A DNA stretch of 64,000 nucleotides. It comes from Paramecium tetraurelia (taxonomy: Eukaryota). The position numbers and the translations under genes were made by a program. Shown here piece after piece: positions 56,912-64,000 of the stretch. The notes under the pieces are model-generated. The model made no database searches and was not told the origin of the DNA. It saw only the letters and a list, made by a program, of their open reading frames with translations. How positions within the stretch are numbered: position 1 is the stretch's first letter; the number at the start of each line of letters is the position of its first letter. The stretch lies in NCBI GenBank assembly GCA_000165425.1, contig CT868341.1, positions 310,001-374,000 of the forward strand, written 5' to 3'.

Positions 56912-57344
56912 CGAATTTCATATTTACTTTAGATTTTATAGAAAAGTACTTTAAACTCAACAGTAATATTCATAAGTTTGATAGGGTTAACATAAGATAA
57001 TTAAACCAAAACGTTATTTATATGAAAACGATTATAATTTTAGTTTTTATTTTAAAATTCTAAACTTTTTTTTATTTCTTCTAACATTTTTTGCACTCTT
57101 TCGGACATTTTATTAAACTAAAAATATTTCTAAAGTGATAATAGATTAGATATCATATTAAAAATGTATTGTATTTTATTACCAAATTTTCAATAAATTC
57201 TTGGTAGTCTAAACAATATGGGTATTGTTTGAAAACAAAAATTCTTAGGAGATTATATTTAAAATTGTAGACTTGGTATCATTCATATGTTGAATGAGCA
57301 ATCTATTTGATGGAGAATGAAAATATAAATAAAAATAAAAAATA

Positions 57345-58397
57345 TCAAATATCTTAAAGATTTTCGAAACTATTAGACAATTAACTGCTTCTGTTTTCAC
57401 TTAAGTCGTTGTTGTTAGAGAAAAAGGTTTTTGTTTTTTAGTAATCTATGTGGATTCTTTCTAATGAATTCAACTTCTTTCTCATCTGTTATGTATTGAA
57501 CCAGTACACAAGACTGTTGAAAAATCCTTATAAGAAACTAGCTCCGTATTATAGGAGTCTTATGTAGTAATAGGGTCCAGTTTGGCGTATAAAGTAATCT
57601 TGCTGTATTTACTCAATCCAGCTATTCTTAAACACAAAGATCAGAAACACAATTTGAGATGGCAGCCAGCAAATAAATAATACCAATGGGTAGAGTATTA
57701 AATTGCGAGCGAACATCAATTGGATGTTGATTTGTTTATTTAATAATTCGTATTAACTCTTGATTCTTTTAGTCTTAAAGTACGTTCTCAATAAGAAATA
57801 GACAGATATTAATACTGAGGATAGGAGTGGCAGGTAGAATAAAGTAAGATTCAGGTATAGACTTAAGCTTCTATTCTTTTCGATAGTCTTATTTTCATCA
57901 TTAGAACTAATGGAACAAGTAGCAGGCACTTTTGAAGGTGTGGGCGAGTAGGATTAGAAAAACAACGGAATTGTTGCAATTAAAAAAGGAAGGGCGAAAC
58001 CTATTTTAGAGGAATAAGGGGTTACCTGCTGCGATTATGAATTTTTCATATCTTTCAAAAAAAATCAAATCCTTTTATCCTCTTGTGATTGATACGTAGA
58101 GGAAGTAGGCAATCGATGTACTCCAGACAAAGGCACAAATGGTGGCAAATTGAGTCAAGGCTCCTTGGATAGTGCATCTAAATAGTATTGATTAACTCAC
58201 CTAGTGACATTATAGCCATCAAATGTTGGCTCCACATAGAGGAGCAATCCGAAAGCATAAAAAAAATCTGCTATTGAGAGACACGCGACGATTCTTTAGG
58301 CAAATACTTTAAGGTTATCGAAAAAGAATAAATGAGTTAACATTAGTGTAGATCCTCCTATAGATAGAGAAATGCACACATAAAATAATATTATCAT
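57345..58397 (-). CDS. 7TM GPCR of the cAMP-receptor-like/GCR1 type (334 aa)
   Basis: LSIGGS, RIVACLSIADF, CTIQG..QF..I....WS..IA, LQGFFNSLVY. Two introns. Confidence 0.9.
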
Positions 58398-58404
58398 TAA
58401 AATA

Positions 58405-60355
58405 ATGTATAATAATACAAGTCCAATAAGACATCAGGTTATGTAAGGTCCTCAAAATAAGTCAGTGTCTCCAGTGTCCAGATTTCAAATAATGGGCAAT
58501 ATTCAACCACCTCCTGGGATGAAAACAGTGCTCAAGCCCAAAGTATATGAAGTAGTTGAAGTGCCTCTAAATCATTACACGTCGGTGCCGTCCTTCCAAA
58601 CACCTCAATAATAGTAATATGATCCCGAGTTGCAAAGGAGGATCAAGCAAGTGGAACAAGAATCATTTATTTGCAGACAGAAAATTGAATAAGATTAAAG
58701 AAATGATAAATTTTAACAGCTCAATGAAAAAATTAGATAACAATAATAAGAAATTGAAAGGCTCAAGTCAGTCAATGACCCAAATCTTAGATTGCTCAAG
58801 GAACAATGCGATTATTACTTTAATCAATCACAATAGGCGGAGTTGGAGAAAAATGTAATATTCTTTAATTCATTAATTATACATAGGAATTGATACTAAG
58901 ACTCAAATAAAACGAGCAACAAATGTAAAAGATCTAGCAATCGTAAATACACATAAGCGAGAAGGATGTTAAATATAATCAATTATACAATGAGCATGAG
59001 TAATTGAAGTAGATGTATCAAAGTCTTGAAAATTAATTGTAATAACAAATGGACAAGCAGAAAACAGAATGCGATAGAATTTACAATTAGAATTTCTCGT
59101 AAATCAAATAAAAGTAAAAGGCTTATGATAAATTAGTTCTGAATTGAGGAGCAAACAATTTGATGATTAGATCTCGAAGTTACAAGAGGAATTGAATAAT
59201 GCAATCAATGAGGTTGAAGTTTGGAGATAAAAGTATCACAAAGGGGATATCAATCACATGAATCAAACTACAAGAATTAATGAATTGGAATTGATCAATT
59301 TACATCAGATCAAAGAAATTGAAAGATTGCAATAACAGAATACTATGAAACAATAAGAGAATGATTCACTGCAGTAGAAAATTACTTACTTGGAATTCAA
59401 TTATTAACAAATTTCATCCTCAGGATTAGATAGTGAAGTCAAGAGACTTAAAGAACAACTGGAGTCAAGATAGAGAGAGATAGATGATTTAAAAAGGAGG
59501 AATACTGAAATTGAATAGAATTTACTGAGGTTGAAGGATCATGAAATCTAAATTGAAATTATCAAATAGAGAGTAACAATAATCAATCATTATAGAATTA
59601 ATCATTTGAAAACTAATTGCAGGAGTCTGATCGATTCAAACATTAATATGCATCTTAACTTATTGAACTGGAGGAGTTACGTAACAAATAAATTAGATTG
59701 GAAAACAATGTTAATGATCTAAGAAGGAATGAGTATAGACAACAATCTGAGATTAATAGATTGAATGATTTAGTAAGAGTCAAGGATGAGGAGATCAATA
59801 AATTGTAAATAGATTATAAAAGGAATATGACATAAATGACTTAACAAATGAATTCATTTAGGTCCTTATTGTAATAAATATATGTCATATCCTAGTGAAC
59901 GAGACATTGATACATTAAACATGAATAGGAATAGATTAGATATGGAGAATAAGGAATTGATTGACTAGAGATTGCAACAATTGAATGAGGAATTGAATCT
60001 GACCAAAAAGGATAGAGAATAATTACAATTAGCGTGTTCTTAATTAACATAGACTAAACTTGGATTAGAAAATAGAATCATTGTGTTGTAGGGAGAAATA
60101 GATAGATTGAATCAATTAGTTAAAACACAAAGCAATGAGATCAATCATCATTTACAGACATTGGAGTTGTAGAATGATTAAATTGAGCAGTTCAGATAAT
60201 AAAATGAAATTTACAAAAAAGAGATGGATGTAAATTAATCATTCATATTTAAGCTCTTTAAAACTAACTCTAATTCAAACTTCTTTTAATCGGGATCCCA
60301 GAAAAAGTTTGACTTCATTCCTAATCAACATTCAGATTCTAATTGGAATTTATGA
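58405..60355 (+). CDS. Long coiled-coil protein (tetrin/EpiC-type repeats)
   Basis: Open frame with several micro-introns. EVEVWRQKY, EIERL, GEIDRL. Alternative start at 58441. Confidence 0.75.
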
Positions 60356-60803
60356 TTTAACATAATATCAACTGATTTAAAAGTATATTTTACTATATCA
60401 ATATTAATATCTACATATAAGAATGAATTATCATATTAATTTAATAATAATTTCCAGCATTTAATAAACCTAAACTCTATTTCAAAGCATTATTCTATTT
60501 AGTATCGGAACAACAAAGATACAGAACAGACACACCTTAAAAGAGATGAAACTTTGAACAAATTCGTAAGTATCCGCAAAGATTTACTATTTTATTTTTT
60601 ATTTTAAAATAATTATACCTCTAAATAGTAGATCTAATTAAAAATAATTAATTGGATTTTCAATAAATATGGGTTGAATGAAGAGAATGGCGAACTCTAA
60701 GAGGTGGGATTAGGCGAAAGGAATGAAATATCAATTATATTATATTATGAAAATGTTTGGCTTTTAATATTAATAATTTATTTGTAATATAAGGAATTTA
60801 TTA

Positions 60804-63314
60804 ATGAAGGACAGAGAATTCTTTAGAGGATTGATATTGAATTGCCTAACCTTTTGTTATTCAATCTATTTTTATACAATGCGAAATGAAGTTAGCAATC
60901 TGCTTTGCTTGATTATTGCAAGCATATTATTAATAACTATGTTTATTTTGCGATATGCAAATTCCTAGATTAAGGCCATTGGAACCATACTATGCATCTA
61001 AATAGATCTAATTTGTTTGATAATTTTGAATTTCATAAATCTCAATGTTACCACCTATGCATAATTAATATTGTGTTAATACATCTCAAAGGACTTATTT
61101 AGATAAACAGGATCATCCGGATATTATATAATTAGTCCCAGATCTCTTTACTATGGCACTCTTTTCATTGGGAGTATATTTCAAATAGTTTATACTCAAG
61201 TGCAAAGCAATTTCACTGCAGAATCTCCACAACTAATCCTCTGTTTGTTAATGTCCGTCCTGGATAATGGGAGAATAGAGGAGAAGAAACCCTAAAGAAT
61301 TTAATAGACAATTACTGTGCCAATCGACACTGCTACAGCAAACAAGATAGATGGTTTGGCCAAAAAAGCACTCTCTATAATAGATCAACCTTCCTAAGAT
61401 CAATCTAAAGAAAGCTTTCGAAAGGGATATGATGATTTTAGCAACATTTAATAATATTACATCAATCCAGAAATAATCTATAATTCTTTGGAATACTTCT
61501 CGGAAGGCTTGATAATTTTAAATGTTTTGGATGAACAAACTCACACCTACAAAATATCGTATATGAATAATGCTACCAGAATACTTTTTGGCAAAGATTA
61601 GGATGTAGATATCCTTTATATCTTGGAAAACCTATCCTCCCTACATATACAAAGTCAAGATTTCTTTGATGACTTCAATTCAAGGAGAGATTCTGCCCAG
61701 TAAAAAGTCGGAAATCTCTCCTCCTCAAAACTCTGTAAATCTCTGTTTCCAACTAGAGATTTCATGTTCTGTTCATTGAAGTAGGCTTTGACTGATATTC
61801 AATTGCATGAGAAATATTAAACCATGAATATGAACATGAAGGACTTAATAGAGAAGATTATTAAATCAAGGAGACAAGACTCGATTACTGTAAACACTCA
61901 TGTGGATTTCAATTTCATAGACAATTAGAAACAAATAAAGATATCCCAGAATCTTGCGTAGTCAAGACAAGATAATGATAGATTGATGGAGTTCAAACTC
62001 ACTTTACAAAGGGAGAAAACCATCTTGATCGTCTGTAGGGATGTGACTCATCGTTAGAAGATTCGATACTTAAGAGAATATGATATTTAAAAGTCGAAAA
62101 TGCTTTCATTTGTGAGTCATGAATACAGACAACCTTTGGGATGCATCATCTAGATGATTGAATGTGCCTTACAATACAAGGTCATACAAAAAAATGTAGA
62201 AATCACTGAAGATTTACAGGCAGCCTTGGATAATTCAAAGTATATGTTGAATTTGTCTAATGATTTGTTGGACTTGGCCTAAATTAAGAATGGAAAGTTC
62301 AAGATACAGAAGGTACCTTTTAATTTAGAGAAACTGATTGCAGATTCTATTAAGATGTTTGCTCTGAAAGCCAAAATAAAGGATCTGCAATTGGTTTGTG
62401 ATTATAATCTCTCTCTTCCTAAATTTATTATCTCTGATAAAAATAGAATCAAACAAATAATTGTCAATCTCTTAAGCAATGCATTTAAGTTTACTTGTAC
62501 GAGAATACAAGTAATAGTTGATCTGTAAGGCAACTAAAAACTGAGGATAGGAGTCAAAGATGATGGGATAGGGATCAGCTAAGAGGAACAATAGGTTTTG
62601 TTCAAAGCATTTTCAAAAGTAAATTCAGAGGAGAGCAAGAAACTCAATGAACAAGGTGTAGGATTGGGTTTGGTGATTAGCAATTAGATAGCCCAAAATA
62701 TTGGTTGTTCAGGATTGAATATAGAATCTAACAAAGATCAAAATAATCATTTTTCTTTCTTTTACTTCGATATAATGATGGAAATACCAACAAACAAAAA
62801 AAAAGTGCCCAGCTTCAAAATCCCCTAAATCACGCCCCAATATTAGGAAGTCGATGAAGTTACGACCTTCAATTAGGAATGCCAAAAGATTGCCCTGGAG
62901 GTGTTTCCACAATGTTGTCATTATTTGATTGTTGACGATGATTGCTTTAATGGATACGCCTTCAAGAGGATTCTAATGGGATTGTAGAGCAAGTACGCCT
63001 TATCCTTTTAATAATTTGATGTAGAATATGTTTCATCTGGGAAAGACTCACTTTCAAAGATCTAAGAGAAGAAATGCAATAAGGAGTGTTAGGGTTACAA
63101 ACTAATTTTCATGGATGTAGAAATGCCTGTTATGAATGGGATGCAGACCACAAAATAACTCTTGAACATCAATCCCAAATAGTTGATTGTCGGTTGCAGT
63201 GGGTATTCAGATGTTCAGGAGAAACAGAAATGCCTAGAAGCTGGCATGGTTGACTATCTCACCAAACCCGTGATGGAGAAGGATCTCATTCAAATACTAC
63301 AGAAATATTAATGA
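60804..63314 (+). CDS. Membrane hybrid histidine kinase (TM, PAS-like, HisKA, HATPase, receiver)
   Basis: Intronless, 836 aa. SHEYRQPL, NLLSNAFKFT, VKDDGIG, GVGLGL, LIVDD, FMDVEMP, YLTKP. The start may be up to 57 nt further upstream. Confidence 0.93.
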
Positions 63315-63354
63315 TATTATTATGATTATTTTTGATAACTTATTAGATATGAAT

Positions 63355-64000
63355 TCATCTTTCATACAATTCACTTGAGCCTCCATAACGAGCTTGGATA
63401 TCCCAAAAGATATTTTGAAGAGCTTAAGTTAGTGACAAAGGTCTGACACACAAGTCATCAATAGTTTTAGATCCTTGTTGCACTATCATGTCATCACCAT
63501 GTTTCAAAATATAATCAATATTGAAATACTTCCAATTGGGAATATATTAGGCTACAAATAAATATACTGCCATACCTATTTTCAATAATAATTATTTATC
63601 AATATGAGCCAATTTAGGAGGTCTCTATACGATGTTGTGGAACATCTCATAGCATTCTAACAATGTATACACGTGAGGTCCTCCCAATTCGTATGTCTAA
63701 CCTATTGTTTCTGGCATCTTCAAAGCATTCAACATGGCTTAAGCTACATCTTACACAAAGATCTAACTATCTAAAATATTAGCGTACAGGTTATCTTTTG
63801 GCCTGGCAGTTGTCTGGAACAATGTTGAAATTATGAAAGTATCTCTTCTACACTTACCAATGATAAGCGAAATCATCATTGTCTCCAACCATCACACTTG
63901 GCCTAAAAATTGTGGCATTGGGGAATGCATTAAGGACCTACACATATCGTAAGTTTCATTACTTCTTATTCACCAATATACTTGGTTTGGAGATCAAGGG
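63355..64000 (-). CDS. NDUFA9: Complex I 39-kDa subunit (SDR fold), 3' part only
   Basis: TKYIGEQEVLNAFPNATIFRPSVMVG; QPIFVQDVAQA; GQTYELGGPHVYTL. Truncated by the window edge. Confidence 0.88.

Overview
AT-rich eukaryotic DNA from a ciliate, almost certainly Paramecium macronuclear sequence. Genes read only in the ciliate code (TAA/TAG = Gln, TGA sole stop), introns are about 21-30 nt GT-AG, and intergenic gaps are tiny, so the supplied standard-code ORF track shows only fragments. I rebuilt about 30 gene models by hand. Conserved genes: Myb, PMM, SF3B4, PITH, CDPK, PPKL/BSU1-like, SF3A1, V-ATPase A, Nup155, CDC20/Fizzy, LRRC23, a CAR/GCR1-like GPCR, a hybrid histidine kinase and NDUFA9. The rest are ciliate-specific genes and decayed pseudogene tracts. 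Most interesting: (i) a 3.6-11.4 kb island with three members of an unrecognised kinase-like family (two intact, one recent frameshifted copy) bracketing a bacterial-type DUF1648-like membrane gene; (ii) a PPKL phosphatase with substituted metal ligands (GNLNG, RGHHE), a likely pseudophosphatase; (iii) a small acylated protein with SILK-like and RVxF PP1-docking motifs; (iv) a probable GC-AG micro-intron; (v) divergent start codons only 7 nt apart. I saw no rRNA, tRNA, transposon, telomeric repeat or CRISPR. Family calls rest on motif recognition by eye, not database searches.
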